This document shows, piece after piece, positions 1 through 14,134 of a stretch of DNA of 64,000 nucleotides. Position 1 is the stretch's first letter. Each line of letters begins with the position of its first letter. Source of the stretch: Eledone cirrhosa (Eukaryota); assembly GCA_964016885.1 (NCBI GenBank), contig OZ024743.1:201314001-201378000 (forward strand). The letters run 5' to 3'. The translations under genes were made by a program, and so were the position numbers. The notes under the pieces are model-generated. The model saw only the letters and a program-made list of their open reading frames with translations. It did not search any database and was not told the origin of the DNA.

Positions 1-1477
1 GTTGGTGGTGGTGCTGTTGTTGGTGGTGGTGCTGTTGTTGGTGGTGGGGCTGTTGTTGGTGGTGGTGCTGTTGTTGGTGGTGCTGTTGTTGGTGGTGGTG
101 CTGTTGTTGGTGGTGGGGCTGTTGTTGGTGGTGGTGCTGTTGTTGGTGGTGCTGTTGTTGTTGGTGGTGCTGTTGTTGGTGGTGGTGCTGTTGTAGGTGG
201 TGCTGTTGTTGTTGGTGGGGCTGTTGTTGTTGGTGTTGCTGTTGTTGTTGGTGGGGCTGTTGTTGTTGGTGTTGCTGTTGTTGGTGGTGGTGCTGTTGTT
301 GTTGGTGTTGCTGTTGTTGTTGGTGGGGCTGTTGTTGTTGGTGGTGCTGTTGTTGGTGGTGGTGCTGTTGTTGGTGGTGGTGCTGTTGTTGGTGGTGGGG
401 CTGTTGTTGGTGGTGGTGGTGTTGTTGTTGGTGGTGCTGTTGTTGGTGGTGGTGCTGTTGTTGATGGTGGTGCTGTTGTTGGTGGTGTTGCTGTTGTTGT
501 TGGTGGGGCTGTTGTTGTTGGTGGTGCTGTTGTTGGTGGTGGTGCTGTTGTTGGTGGTGGTGCTGTTGTTGTTGGTGTTGCTGTTGTTGTTGGTGGTGCT
601 GTTGTTGGTGGTGCTGTTGTTGTTGGTGGTGCTGTTGTTGTTGGTGGTGCTGTTGTTGTTGGTGGTGCTGTTGTTGTTGGTGGTGCTGTTGTTGTTGGTG
701 GTGCTGTTGTTGTTGGTGGTGGTGTTGTTGTTGGTGGTGCTGTTGTTGTTGGTGGTGCTGTTGTTGTTGGTGGTGCTGTTGTTGTTGGTGGTGCTGTTGT
801 TGTTGGTGGTGGTGTTGTTGTTGGTGGTGCTGTTGTTGTTGGTGGTGCTGTTGTTGTTGGTGGTGCTGTTGTTGGTGGTGGGGCTGTTTTTGGTGGTGCT
901 GCTGTTGTTGATATTGGTGGTGCTGTTGTTGTTGGTGGTGGTGTTGTTGTTGGTGGTGCTGTTGTTGGTGGTGGTGCTGTTGTTGGTGGTGGTGCTGTTG
1001 TTGTTGGTGTTGCTGTTGTTGTTGGTGGGGCTGTTGTTGTTGTTGGTGTTGTTGTTGGTGGTGGAGCTGTTGTTGGTGGTGGAGCTGTTGTTGGTGGTGG
1101 TGTTGTCGTTGGTGGTGCTGTTGTTGTTGGTGGTGGTGCTGTTGGTGGTGGTGGTGCTGTTGTTGTTGGTGGTGCTGTTGTTGTTGGTGGTGGTGCTGTT
1201 GTTGGTGGTGGTGCTGTTGTTGTTGGTGGTGCTGTTGTTGGTGGTGGAGCTGTTGTTGGTGGTGGTGTTGTTGTTGTTGGTGGTGCTGTTGTTGTTGGTG
1301 GTGCTGTTGTTGGTGGTGCTGTTGTGGTGGGGCTGTTGTTGTTGGTGGGGCTGTTGTTGTTGGTGGGGCTGTTGTTGTTGGTGGTGCTGTTGTTGGTGGT
1401 GGTGCTGTTGTTGGTGGTGGTGTTGTTGTTGGTGGTGTTGTTGTTGTTGGTGGTGGTGGTGCTGTTGCTGTTGGTGG

Positions 1478-1508
<31 letters not shown>

Positions 1509-4500
1509 GCTGTTGTTGTGGTGGTGCTGTTGTTGTTGGTGGTACTGTTGTTGTTGGTGGTGCTGTTGTTGTTGGTGGTGCTGTTGTTGGTGGTGGTGTT
1601 GTTGTTGGTGGTGGTGTTGTTGTTGGTGGTGCTGTGGTTGGTGGTGGTGCTGTTGTTGTTGGTGGTGCTGTTGTTGGTGGTGGTGCTGTTGTTGGTGGTG
1701 GTGCTGTTGTTAGTGGTGGTGTTGTTGTTGGTGGTGCTGTTGTTGTTGGTGGTGCTGTTGTTGTTGGTGGTACTGTGGTTGGTGGTGGTGCTGTTGTTGT
1801 TGGTGGAGCTGTTGTTGTTGGTGGTGGTGTTGTTGTTGGTGGTGGTGTTGTTGTTGGTGGTGCTGTTGTTGGTGGTGGTGCTGTTGTTGTTGGTGGTGCT
1901 GTTGTTGGTGGTGGTGCTGTTGTTGTTGGTGGTGCTGTTGTTGGTGGTGGTGCTGTTGTTGTGGGTGGTGCTGTTGTTGTTGGTGGTGCAGTTGTTGGTG
2001 GTGGTGCTGTTGTTGGTGGTGGTGCTGTTGTTGATATCGGTGGTGCTGTTGATGTTGGTGGTGGTGTTGTTGTTGGTGGTGGTGTTGTTGTTGGTGGTGC
2101 TGTTGTTGGTGGTGGTGCTGTTGTTGGTGGTGGTGCTGTTGTTGTTGGTGGTGCTGTTGTTGTTGGTGGTGCTGTTGTCGTTGGTGGTGGTGCTGTTGTT
2201 GGTGGTGCTGTTGTTGGTGGTGGTGCTGTTGTTGGTGGTGCTGTTGTTGTTGGTGGTGGTGCTGTTGTTGGTGGTGATGTTGTTGGTGGTGGTGCTGTTG
2301 TTGTTGGTGGTGGTGCTGTTGTTGGTGGTGCTGTTGTTGTTGGTGGTGCTGTTGTTGATGGTGGTGGTGGTGTTGGTGGTGGTGGTGGTGCTGTTGGTGC
2401 TGTTGTTGGTGGTGCTGTTGTTGGTGGTGGTGCTGTTGTTGGTGGTGCTGTTGTTGTTGGTGGTGCTGTTGTTGTTGGTGGTGCTGTTGTTGGTGGTGCT
2501 GTTGTTGGTGGTGGTGCTGTTGTTGGTGGTGCTGTGGTTGGTGGTGGTGCTGTTGTTGGTGGTGGTGCTGTTGTTGGTGGTGGTGCTATTGTTGGTGGTG
2601 CTGTTGTTGGTGGTGGTGCTGTTGTTGTTGGTGGTGCTGTTGTTGTTGGTGGTGCAGTTGTTGTTGGTGGTGCTGTTGTTGGTGGTGGTGCTGTTGTTGG
2701 TGGTGGTGTTGTTGTTGGTGGTGCTGTGGTTGGTGGTGGTGCTGTTGTTGGTGGTGGTGCTGTTGTTGTTGGTGGTGCTGTTGTTGGTGGTGCTGTTGTT
2801 GGTGGTGGTGCTGTTGTTGGTGGTGGTGCTGTTGTTGGTGGTGCTGTTGTTGGTGGTGGTGGTGTTGTTGTTGGTGGTGCTGTTGTTGGTGGTGCTGTTG
2901 TTGGTGGTGCTGTGGTTGGTGGTGGTGCTGTTGTTGTTGGTGGTGCTGTTGTTGGTGGTGGTGCTGTTGTTGGTGGTGGTGCTGTTGTTAGTGGTGGTGT
3001 TGTTGTTGGTGGTGCTGTTGTTGTTGGTGGTGCTGTTGTTGTTGGTGGTGCTGTGGTTGGTGGTGGTGCTGTTGTTGTTGGTGGAGCTGTTGTTGTTGGT
3101 GGTGGTGTTGTTGTTGGTGGTGGTGTTGTTGTTGGTGGTGCTGTTGTTGGTGGTGGTGCTGTTGTTGTTGGTGGTGCTGTTGTTGGTGGTGGTGTTGTTG
3201 TTGGTGGTGGTGTTGTTGTTGGTGGTGCTGTTGTTGGTGGTGGTGCTGTTGTTGGTGGTGGTGCTGTTGTTGTTGGTGGTGCTGTTGTTGTTGGTGGTGC
3301 TGTTGTCGTTGGTGTTGCTGTTGTTGTTGGTGGTGCTGTTGTTGTTGGTGGAGCTGTTGTTGTTGGTGGTGCTGTTGTTGGTGGTGCTGTTGTTGGTGGT
3401 GGTGCTGTTGTTGGTGGTGCTGTGGTTGGTGGTGGTGCTGTTGTTTGTGGTGGTGCTGTTGTTGGTGGTGGTGCTATTGTTGGTGGTGCTGTTGTTGGTG
3501 GTGGTGCTGTTGTTGTTGGTGGTGCTGTTGTTGTTGGTGGTGCAGTTGTTGGTGGTGGTGCTGTTGTTGGTGGTGGTGCTGTTGTTGGTGGTGCTGTTGT
3601 TGGTGGTGGTGCTGTTGTTGGTGGTGGTGTTGTTGTTGGTGGTGTTGTGGTTGGTGGTGGTGCTGTTGTTGGTGGTGGTGCTGTTGTTGGTGGTGGTGCT
3701 GTTGTTGGTGGTGCTGTTGTTGGTGGTGGTGCTGTTGTTGGTGGTGGTGGTGTTGTTGTTGGTGGTGCTGTTGTTGGTGGTGCTGTTGTTGGTGGTGGTG
3801 CTGTTGTTGGTGGTGGTGGTGTGGTTGTTGGTGGTGCTGTTGTTGGTGGTGCTGTTGTTGGTGGTGGTGCTGTTGTTGGTGGTGGTGCTGTTGTTGTTGG
3901 TGGTGGTGCTGTTGTTGTTGGTGGTGCTGTTGTTGGTGGTGCTGTTGTTGGTGGTGGTGCTGTTGTTGGTGGTGGTGCTGTTGTTGGTGGTGCTGTTGTT
4001 GGTGGTGGTGGTGTTGTTGTTGGTGGTGCTGTTGTTGGTGGTGCTGTTGTTGGTGGTGGTGCTGTTGTTGGTGGTGGTGCTGTTGTTGTTGTTGGTGGTG
4101 CTGTTGTTGTTGGTGGTGCTGTTGTTGTTGTTGGTGGTGCTGTTGTTGGTGGTGCTGTTGTTGGTGGTGGTGCTGTTGTTGGTGGTGGTGCTGTTGTTGT
4201 TGTTGGTGGTGCTGTTGTTGGTGGTGGTGCTGTTGTTGTTGGTGGTGCTGTTGTTGTTGTTGGTGGTGCTGTTGTTGGTGGTGCTGTTGTTGGTGGTGGT
4301 GCTGTTGTTGGTGGTGGTGCTGTTGTTGTTGTTGGTGGTGCTGTTGTTGGTGGTGGTGCTGTTGTTGTTGGTGGTGCTGTTGTTGTTGGTGGTGCTGTTG
4401 TTGTTGGTGGTGGTGCTGTTGTTGTTGGTGGTGCTGTTGTTGGGGGTGGTGCTGTTGTTGGTGGTGCTGTTGTTGGTGGTGCTGTTGTTGTTGGTGGTGG

Positions 4501-7500
4501 TGCTGTTGTTGTTGGTGCTGTTGTTGTTGTTGGTGGTGCTGTTGTTGGTGGTGCTGTTGTTGGTGGTGGTGCTGTTGTTGGTGGTGGTGCTGTTGTTGTT
4601 GTTGGTGGTGCTGTTGTTGGTGGTGCTGTTGTTGGTGGTGGTGCTGTTGTTGTTGGTGGTGCTGTTGTTGTTGTTGGTGGTGCTGTTGTTGGTGGTGCTG
4701 TTGTTGGTGGTGGTGCTGTTGTTGGTGGTGGTGCTGTTGTTGTTGTTGGTGGTGCTGTTGTTGGTGGTGCTGTTGTTGGTGGTGGTGCTGTTGTTGTTGG
4801 TGGTGCTGTTGTTGTTGTTGGTGGTGCTGTTGTTGGTGGTGCTGTTGTTGGTGGTGGTGCTGTTGTTGTTGGTGGTGCTGTTGTTGTTGTTGGTGGTGCT
4901 GTTGTTGGTGGTGCTGTTGTTGGTGGTGGTGCTGTTGTTGGTGGTGGTGCTGTTGTTGTTGTTGGTGGTGCTGTTGTTGGTGGTGCTGTTGTTGGTGGTG
5001 GTGCTGTTGTTGTTGGTGGTGCTGTTGTTGGTGGTGGTGCTGTTGGTGGTGGTGCTGTTGTTGGTGGTGCTGTTGTTGTTGGTGGTGCTGTTGTTGGCGG
5101 TGATGCTGTTGTTGGTGGTGGTGCTGTTGTTGGTGGTGCTGTTGTTGGTGGTGGTGCTGTTGTTGTTGGTGGTGCTGTTGTTGGTGGTGCTGTTGTTGGT
5201 GGTGGTGCTGTTGTTGGTGGTGGTGCTGTTGTTGTTGTTGGTGGTGCTGTTGTTGGTGGTGCTGTTGTTGGTGGTGGTGCTGTTGTTGGTGGTGGGGCTG
5301 TTGTTGGTGGTGGTGCTGTTGTTGGTGGTGGTGCTGTTGTTGGTGGTGGTGTTGTTGGTGGTGGAGCTGTTGTTGGTGGTGGTGCTGTTGTTGTTGGTAG
5401 GGCTGTTGTTGTTGGTGGTGCTGTTGTTGGTGGTGGAGCTGTTGTTGGTGGTGGTGTTGTTGTTGGTGGTGGTGTTGTTGGTGGTGGAGCTGTTGTTGGT
5501 GGTGGTGGTGTTGTTGGTGGTGGTGTTGATGTTGGTGGTGCTGTTGTTGTTGGTAGGGCTATTGTTGTTGGTGGTGCTGTTGTTGGTGGTGCTGTTGTTG
5601 TTGGTGGTGGTGTTGTTGGTGGTGGTGCTGTTGTTGGTGGTGGTGGTGTTGTTGTTGGTGGTGCTGTTGTTGTTGGTGGTGCTGTTGTTGGTGGTGGAGC
5701 TGTTGTTGGTGGTGGTGTTGTTGTTGGTGGTGCTGTTGTTGATGTTCGAGGTGCTGTTGTTGTTGGTGGTGCTGTTGGTGGTGGTGCTGTTGTTGTTGGT
5801 GGTGCTGTTGTTGTTGGTGGTGCTGTTGTTGGTGGTGGTGCTGTTGTTGGTGGTGGTGCTGTTGTTGGTGGTGGTGCTGTTGTTGGTGGTGGTGCTGTTG
5901 TTGTTGGTGGTGCTGTTGTTGGTGGTGGAGCTGTTGTTGGTGGTGGTGTTGTTGTTGGTGGTGCTGTTGTTGATGTTCGTGGTGCTGTTGTTGTTGGTGG
6001 TGCTGTTGTTGTTGGTGGTGCTGTTGTTGGTGGTGGTGCTGTTGTTGTTGGTGGGGCTGTTGTTGTTGGTGGTGCTGTTGTTGGTGGTGGTGCTGTTGTT
6101 GGTGGTGGTGCCGTTGTTGGTGGTGGTGCTGTTGTTGGTGGTGGTGCTGTTGTTGTTGGTGTTGCTGTTGTTGTTGGTGGGGCTGTTGTTGGTAATGGTG
6201 CTGTTGTTGGTGGTGGTGCTGTTGTTGGTGGTGGTGCTGTTGTTGTTGGTGTTGCTGTTGTTGTTGGTGGGGCTGTTGTTGTTGGTGGTGCTGTTGTTGG
6301 TGGTGGTGCTGTTGTTGGTGGTGGTGCTGTTGTTGTTGGTGTTGCTGTTGTTGTTGGTGGGGCTGTTGTTGTTGGTGGTGCTGTTGTTAGTGGTGGTGCT
6401 GTTGTTGTTGGTGGTGCTGTTGTTGGTGGTGGTGCTGTTGTTGGTGGTGGTGCTGTTGTTGGTGGTGGGGCTGTTGTTGGTGGTGGTGCTGTTGTTGGTG
6501 GTGGGGCTGTTGTTGGTGGTGGTGGTGTTGTTGTTGGTGGTGCTGTTGTTGGTGGTGGTGCCGTTGTTGGTGGTGGTGCTGTTGTTGGTGGTGGTGCTGT
6601 TGTTGGTGGTGGGGCTGTTGTTGGTGGTGGTGGTGTTGTTGTTGGTGGTGCTGTTGTTGGTGGTGGTGCTGTTGTTGGTGGTGGTGCTGTTGTTGTTGGT
6701 GTTGCTGTTGTTGTTGGTGGGGCTGTTGTTGTTGGTGGTGCTGTTGTTGGTGGTGGTGCTGTTGTTGGTGGTGGTGCTGTTGTTGTTGGTGTTGCTGTTG
6801 TTGTTGGTGGGGCTGTTGTTGTTGGTGGTGCTGTTGTTGGTGGTGGTGCTGTTGTTGGTGGTGGTGCTGTTGTTGGTGGTGGGGCTGTTGTTGTTGGTGT
6901 TGCTGTTGTTGTTGGTGGGGCTGTTGTTGTTGGTGGTGCTGTTGTTGGTGGTGGTGCTGTTGTTGGTGGTGGTGCTGTTGTTGGTGGTGCTGTTGTAGGT
7001 GGTGCTGTTGTTGTTGGTGGTGGTGCTGTTGTTGTTGGTGTTGCTGTTGTTGTTGGTGGGGCTGTTGTTGTTGGTGGTGCTGTTGTTGGTGGTGGTGCTG
7101 TTGTTGGTGGTGGTGCTGTTGTTGGTGGTGGGGCTGTTGTTGGTGGTGGTGGTGTTGTTGTTGGTGGTGCTGTTGTTGGTGGTGGTGCTGTTGTTGGTGG
7201 TGGTGCTGTTGTTGTTGGTGTTGCTGTTGTTGGTGGTGGGGCTGTTGTTGGTGGTGGTGGTGTTGTTGTTGGTGTTGCTGTTGTTGGTGGTGGTGCTGTT
7301 GTTGTTGGTGTTGCTGTTGTTGTTGGTGGGGCTGTTGTTGTTGGTGGTGCTGTTGTTGGTGGTGGTGCTGTTGTTGGTGGTGGTGCCGTTGTTGGTGGTG
7401 GTGCTGTTGTTGGTGGTGGTGCTGTTGTTGTTGGTGTTGCTGTTGTTGTTGGTGGGGCTGTTGTTGGTAATGGTGCTGTTGTTGGTGGTGGTGCTGTTGT

Positions 7501-8404
7501 TGGTGGTGGTGCTGTTGTTGTTGGTGTTGCTGTTGTTGTTGGTGGTGCTGTTGTTGGTGGTGGGGCTGTTGTTGGTGGTGGTGGTGTTGTTGTTGGTGGT
7601 GCTGTTGTTGGTGGTGGTGCTGTTGTTGTTGGTGGGGCTGTTGTTGTTGGTGGTGCTGTTGTTGGTGGTGGTGCTGTTGTTGGTGGTGGTGCTGTTGTTG
7701 TTGGTGTTGCTGTTGTTGTTGGTGGTGCTGTTGTTGGTGGTGCTGTTGTTGTTGGTGGTGCTGTTGTTGTTGGTGGTGCTGTTGTTGTTGGTGGTGCTGT
7801 TGTTGTTGGTGGTGCTGTTGTCGTTGGTGGTGGTGTTGTTGTTGGTGGTGCTGTTGTTGTTGGTGGTGCTGTTGTTGTTGGTGGTGCTGTTGTTGGTGGT
7901 GGGGCTGTTTTTGGTGGTGGTGCTGTTGTTGATATTGGTGGTGCTGTTGTTGTTGGTGGTGGTGTTGTTGTTGGTGGTGCTGTTGTTGGTGGTGGTGCTG
8001 TTGTTGTTGGTGTTGCTGTTGTTGTTGGTGTTGCTGTTGTTGTTGGTGGGGCTGTTGTTGTTGTTGGTGTTGTTGTTGGTGGTGGAGCTGTGGTTGGTGG
8101 TGGAGCTGTTGTTGGTGGTGGTGCTGTTGTTGGTGGTGGTGCTGTTGTTGTTGGTGGTGCTGTTGTTGGTGTGGAGCTGTTGTTGGTGGTGGTGTTGTTG
8201 TTGTTGGTGGTGCTGTTGTTGTTGGTGGTGCTGTTGTTGGTGGTGCTGTTGTGGTGGGGCTGTTGTTGTTGGTGGGGCTGTTGTTGTTGGTGGGGCTGTT
8301 GTTGTTGGTGGTGCTGTTGTTGGTGGTGGTGCTGTTGTTGGTGGTGGTGTTGTTGTTGGTGGTGTTGTTGTTGTTGGTGGTGGTGGTGCTGTTGCTGTTG
8401 GTGG

Positions 8405-8435
<31 letters not shown>

Positions 8436-10199
8436 GCTGTTGTTGTGGTGGTGCTGCTGTTGTTGGTGGTGCTGTTGTTGTTGGTGGTGCTGTTGTTGTT
8501 GGTGGTGCTGTTGTTGGTGGTGCTGTTGTTGTTGGTGGTGGTGTTGTTGGTGGTGGTGGTGTTGTTGTTGGTGGTGGTGTTGTTGTTGGTGGTGCTGTGG
8601 TTGGTGGTGGTGCTGTTGTTGTTGGTGGTGCTGTTGTTGGTGGTGGTGCTGTTGTTGGTGGTGGTGCTGTTGTTAGTGGTGGTGTTGTTGTTGGTGGTGG
8701 TGCTGTGGTTGGTGGTGGTGGTGGTGTTGTTGGTGGTGGTGTTGTTGTTGGTGGTGCTGTTGTTGGTGGTGGTGTTGTTGTTGGTGGTGGTGCTGTTGTT
8801 GGTGGTGGTGCTGTGGTTGGTGGTGGTGCTGTTGTTGGTGGTGGTGCTGTTGTTGTTGGTGGTGCTGTTGTTGTTGGTGGTGCTGTTGTTGTTGGTGGTG
8901 CTGTTATTGGTGGTGGTGTTGTTGTTGGTGGTGGTGTTGTTGTTGGTGGTGCTGTTGTTGGTGGTGGTGCTGTTGTTGTTGGTGGTGCTGTTGTTGGTGG
9001 TGGTGCTGTTGTTGTTGGTGGTGCTGTTGTTGGTGGTGGTGCTGTTGTTGGTGGTGGTGCTGTTGTGGTGGTGGTGCTGTTGTTGTTGGTGGTGCTGTTG
9101 TCGTTGGTGTTGCTGTTGTTGTTGGTGGTGCTGTTGTTGTCGGTGGAGCTGTTGTTGTTGGTGGTGCTGTTGTTGTTGGTGGTGCTGTTGTTGGTGGTGG
9201 TGCTGTTGTTGGTGGTGCTGTGGTTGGTGGTGGTGCTGTTGTTGGTGGTGGTGCTGTTGTTGGTGGTGGTGCTATTGTTGGTGGTGCTGTTGTTGGTGGT
9301 GGTGCTGTTGTTGTTGGTGGTGCTGTTGTTGTTGGTGGTGCAGTTGTTGGTGGTGGTGCTGTTGTTGGTGGTGGTGCTGTTGTTGGTGGTGCTGTTGTTG
9401 GTGGTGGTGCTGTTGTTGGTGGTGGTGTTGTTGTTGGTGGTGCTGTGGTTGGTGGTGGTGCTGTTGTTGGTGGTGGTGCTGTTGTTGGTGGTGGTGCTGT
9501 TGTTGGTGGTGGTGCTGTTGTTGGTGGTGGTGGTGTTGTTGTTGGTGGTGCTGTTGTTGGTGGTGCTGTTGTTGGTGGTGGTGCTGTTGTTGGTGGTGGT
9601 GGTGTTGTTGTTGGTGGTGCTGTTGTTGGTGGTGCTGTTGTTGGTGGTGGTGCCGTTGTTGGTGGTGGTGGTGTTGTTGTTGGTGGTGCTGTTGTTGGTG
9701 GTGCTGTTGTTGGTGGTGGTGCTGTTGTTGGTGGTGGTGCTGTTGTTGTTGGTGGTGGTGCTGTTGTTGTTGGTGGTGCTGTTGTTGGTGGTGCTGTTGT
9801 TGGTGGTGGTGCTGTTGTTGGTGGTGGTGCTGTTGTTGTTGTTGGTGGTGCTGTTGTTGGTGGTGGTGCTGTTGTTGTTGGTGGTGCTGTTGTTGTTGTT
9901 GGTGGTGCTGTTGTTGGTGGTGCTGTTGTTGGTGGTGGTGCTGTTGTTGGTGGTGGTGCTGTTGTTGTTGTTGGTGGTGCTGTTGTTGGTGGTGGTGCTG
10001 TTGTTGTTGGTGGTGCTGTTGTTGTTGTTGGTGGTGCTGTTGTTGGTGGTGCTGTTGTTGGTGGTGGTGCTGTTGTTGGTGGTGGTGCTGTTGTTGTTGT
10101 TGGTGGTGCTGTTGTTGGTGGTGGTGCTGTTGTTGTTGGTGGTGCTGTTGTTGGTGGTGGTGTTGTTGTTGGTGGTGGTGGTGCTGTGGCTGTTGGTGG

Positions 10200-10230
<31 letters not shown>

Positions 10231-10519
10231 GCTGTTGTTGTGGTGGTGCTGTTGTTGTTGGTGGTGCTGTTGTTGTTGGTGGTGCTGTTGTTGTTGGTGG
10301 TGCTGTTGTTGGTGGTGGTGTTGTTGTTGGTGGTAATGTTGTTGTTGGTGGTGCTGTGGTTGGTGGTGGTGCTGTTGTTGGTGGTGGTGCTGTTGTTGGT
10401 GGTGGTGCTGTTGTTGTTGTTGGTGGTGCTGTTGTTGGTGGTGGTGCTGTTGTTGTTGGTGGTGCTGTTGTTGGTGGTGTTGTTGTTGTTGGTGGTGGTG
10501 GTGCTGTTGCTGTTGGTGG

Positions 10520-10550
<31 letters not shown>

Positions 10551-13500
10551 GCTGTTGTTGTGGTGGTGCTGTTGTTGTTGGTGGTGGTGCTGTTGTTGTT
10601 GGTGGTGCTGTTGTTGGTGGTGGTGTTGTTGTTGGTGGTGGTGTTGTTGTTGGTGGTGCTGTGGTTGGTGGTGGTGCTGTTGTTGTTGGTGGTGCTGTTG
10701 TTGGTGGTGGTGCTGTTGTTGGTGGTGGGGCTGTTGTTGGTGGTGGTGCTGTTGTTAGTGGTGGTGTTGTTGTTGGTGGTGGTGTTGTTGTTGGTGGTGC
10801 TGTGGTTGGTGGTGGTGGTGGTGTTGTTGGTGGTGGTGTTGTTGTTGGTGGTGCTGTTGTTGGTGGTGTTGTTGTTGTTGTGGTGGTGCTGTTGTTGTTG
10901 TGGTGGTGCTGTTGTTGTTGGTGGTGGTGCTGTTGTTGTTGGTGGTGCTGTTGTTGTTGGTGGTGCTGTTGTTGGTGGTGCTGTTGTTGGTGGTGGTGCT
11001 GTTGTTGGTGCTGGTGCTGTTGTTGGTGGTGGTGCTGTTGTCGGTGGTGGTGGGGCTGTTGTTGGTGGTGGTGCTGTTGTTGATGTTGGTGTTGCTGTTG
11101 TTGGTGGTGGGGCTGTTGTTGTTGGTGGTGCTGTTGTTGTTGGTGGTGCTGTTGTTGGTGGTGCTGTTGTTGGTGGTGGTGCTGTTATTGTTGGTGGTGC
11201 TGTTGTTGTTGGTGGTGGTGTTGTTGGTGGTGCTGTTGTTGGTGGTGGTGCTGTTGTTGTTGGTGGTGGTGCTGTTGATGGTGGTGTTGTTGTTGGTGGT
11301 GGTGCTGTTGATGGTGGGGCTGTTGTTGGTGGTGGTGCTGTTGTCGGTGGTGGTGGGGCTGTTGTTGGTGGTGGTGCTGTTGTTGATGTTGGTGTTGCTG
11401 TTGTTGTTGGTGGGGCTGTTGTTGTTGGTGGTGCTGTTGTTGTTGGTGGTGCTGTTGTTGGTGGTGGTGCTGTTATTGTTGGTGGTGCTGTTGTGTTGGT
11501 GGTGGTGTTGTTGGTGGTGCTGTTGTTGGTGGTGGTGCTGTTGTTGTTGGTGGTGGTGCTGTTGATGGTGGTGTTGTTGTTGGTGGTGGTGCTGTTGATG
11601 GTGGGGCTGTTGTTGGTGGTGGTGCTGTTGTTGATGTTGGTGGTGCTGTTGTTGTTGGTGGTGCTGTTGTTGTTGGTGGTGTTGTTGTTGGTGGTGCTGT
11701 TGTTGGTGGTGGTGCTGTTGGTGGTGGTGCTGTTGTTGGTGGTGCTGTTGTTGGTGGTGGTGCTGTTGTTGGTGGTGGTGCTGTTGTTGGTGGTGCTGTT
11801 GTTGTTGGTGGTGCTGTTGTTGTTGGTGGTGGTGCTGTTGTTGTTGGTGGTGCTGTTGTTGGTGGTGCTGTTGGTGGTGGTGGTGCTGTTGTTGTTGGTG
11901 GTGCTGTTGTTGTTGGTGGTGTTGTTGTTGTTGGTGGTGCTGTTGGTGGTGGTGCTGTTGTTGGTGGTAGTGCTGTTGTTGGTGGTGCTGTTGTTGGTGG
12001 TGGTGCTGTTGTTGTTGGTGGTGCTGTTGTTGGTGGTGGGGCTGTTGTTGGTGGTGGTGCTGTTGTTGGTGGTGCTGTTGTTGGTGGTGGTGCTGTTGTT
12101 GTTGGTGGTGCTGTTGTTGTTGGTGGTGGTGCTGTTGTTGTTGGTGGTGCTGTTGTTGGTGGTGCTGTTGTTGGTGGTGGTGCTGTTGTTGGTGGTGGTG
12201 TTGTTGTTGGTGGTGGTGCTGTTGTTGGTGATGCTGTTGTTGGTGGTGGTGCTGTTGTTGGTGGTGGTGTTGCTGTTGGTGGTGGTGCTGTTGGTGGTGG
12301 TGCTGTTGTTGGTGGTGGTGCTGTTGTTGGTGGTGCTGTTGTTGGTGGTGGTGCTGTTGTTGGTGGTGGTGCTGTTGTTGGTGGTGGTGCTGTTGTTGGT
12401 GGTGGTGCTGTTGTTGGTGGTGGAGCTGTTGTTGGTGGTGCTGTTGTTGTTGGTGGTGCTGTTGTTGATATTGGTGGTGTTATTGTTGGTGGTGCTGTTG
12501 TTGGTGGTGGTGCTGTTGTTGGTGGTGCTGTTGTTGTTGGTGGTGCTGTTGTTGGTAATGGTGCTGTTGTTGTTGGTGGTGCTGTTGTTGGTGGTGGTGC
12601 TGTTGTTGGTAATGGTGCTGTTGTTGTTGGTGGTGCTGTTGTTGGTAATGGTGCTGTTGTTGTTGGTGGTGCTGTTGTTGGTAATGGTGCTGTTGTTGGT
12701 GGTGGTGCTGTTGTTGGTAATGGTGCTGTTGTTGTTGGTGGTGCTGTTGTTGGTAATGGTGCTGTTGTTGGTGGTGGTGCTGTTGTTGGTGGTGGTGCTG
12801 TTGTTGTTGGTGTTGCTGTTGTTGTTGGTGGGGCTGTTGTTGGTAATGGTGCTGTTGTTGGTGGTGGTGCTGTTGTTGGTAATGGTGCTGTTGTTGGTGG
12901 TGGTGCTGTTGTTGGTGGTGGTGCTGTTGTTGTTGGTGTTGCTGTTGTTGTTGGTGGGGCTGTTGTTGTTGGTGGTGCTGTTGTTGGTGGTGGTGCTGTT
13001 GTTGGTGGTGGTGCTGTTGTTGTTGGTGTTGCTGTTGTTGTTGGTGGGGCTGTTGTTGTTGGTGGTGCTGTTGTTGGTGGTGGTGCTGTTGTTGTTGGTG
13101 GTGCTGTTGTTGGTGGTGGTGCTGTTGTTGGTGGTGGTGCTGTTGTTGGTGGTGGGGCTGTTGTTGGTGGTGGTGCTGTTGTTGGTGGTGGGGCTGTTGT
13201 TGGTGGTGGTGGTGTTGTTGTTGGTGGTGCTGTTGTTGGTGGTGGTGCTGTTGTTGTTGGTGGGGCTGTTGTTGTTGGTGGTGCTGTTGTTGTTGGTGGT
13301 GCTGTTGTTGGTGGTGGTGCTGTTGTTGGTGGTGGTGCTGTTGTTGGTGGTGGGGCTGTTGTTGGTGGTGGTGCTGTTGTTGGTGGTGGGGCTGTTGTTG
13401 GTGGTGGTGGTGTTGTTGTTGGTGGTGCTGTTGTTGTTGGTGTTGCTGTTGTTGTTGGTGGGGCTGTTGTTGTTGGTGGTGCTGTTGTTGGTGGTGGTGC

Positions 13501-14134
13501 CGTTGTTGGTGGTGGTGCTGTTGTTGGTGGTGGTGCTGTTGTTGGTGGTGGGGCTGTTGTTGGTGGTGGTGGTGTTGTTGTTGGTGGTGCTGTTGTTGGT
13601 GGTGGTGCTGTTGTTGTTGGTGTTGCTGTTGTTGTTGGTGGTGCTGTTGTTGTTGGTGGTGCTGTTGTTGGTGGTGGTGCTGTTGTTGGTGGTGGTGCTG
13701 TTGTTGGTGGTGGGGCTGTTGTTGGTGGTGGTGCTGTTGTTGGTGGTGGGGCTGTTGTTGGTGGTGGTGGTGTTGTTGTTGGTGGTGCTGTTGTTGTTGG
13801 TGTTGCTGTTGTTGTTGGTGGGGCTGTTGTTGTTGGTGGTGCTGTTGTTGGTGGTGGTGCCGTTGTTGGTGGTGGTGCTGTTGTTGGTGGTGGTGCTGTT
13901 GTTGGTGGTGGGGCTGTTGTTGGTGGTGGTGGTGTTGTTGTTGGTGGTGCTGTTGTTGGTGGTGGTGCTGTTGTTGGTGGTGGTGCTGTTGTTGTTGGTG
14001 TTGCTGTTGTTGTTGGTGGGGCTGTTGTTGTTGGTGGTGCTGTTGTTGGTGGTGGTGCTGTTGTTGGTGGTGGTGCTGTTGTTGTTGGTGTTGCTGTTGT
14101 TGTTGGTGGGGCTGTTGTTGTTGGTGGTGCTGTT
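1..14134. repeat. Higher-order repeat copy 1 (two related ~7-kb subunits: A 197-6998, B 6999-14330)
   Basis: Rare variants recur at fixed offsets: GTAGGT 194/14328, GATATC 2034/16168 and indels 1324/15458 and 1518/15652 (+14134); GATGTTCGA 5741/20136 and indels 8171/22566, 8251/22646, 8445/22840, 9065/23460 (+14395). Confidence 0.9.
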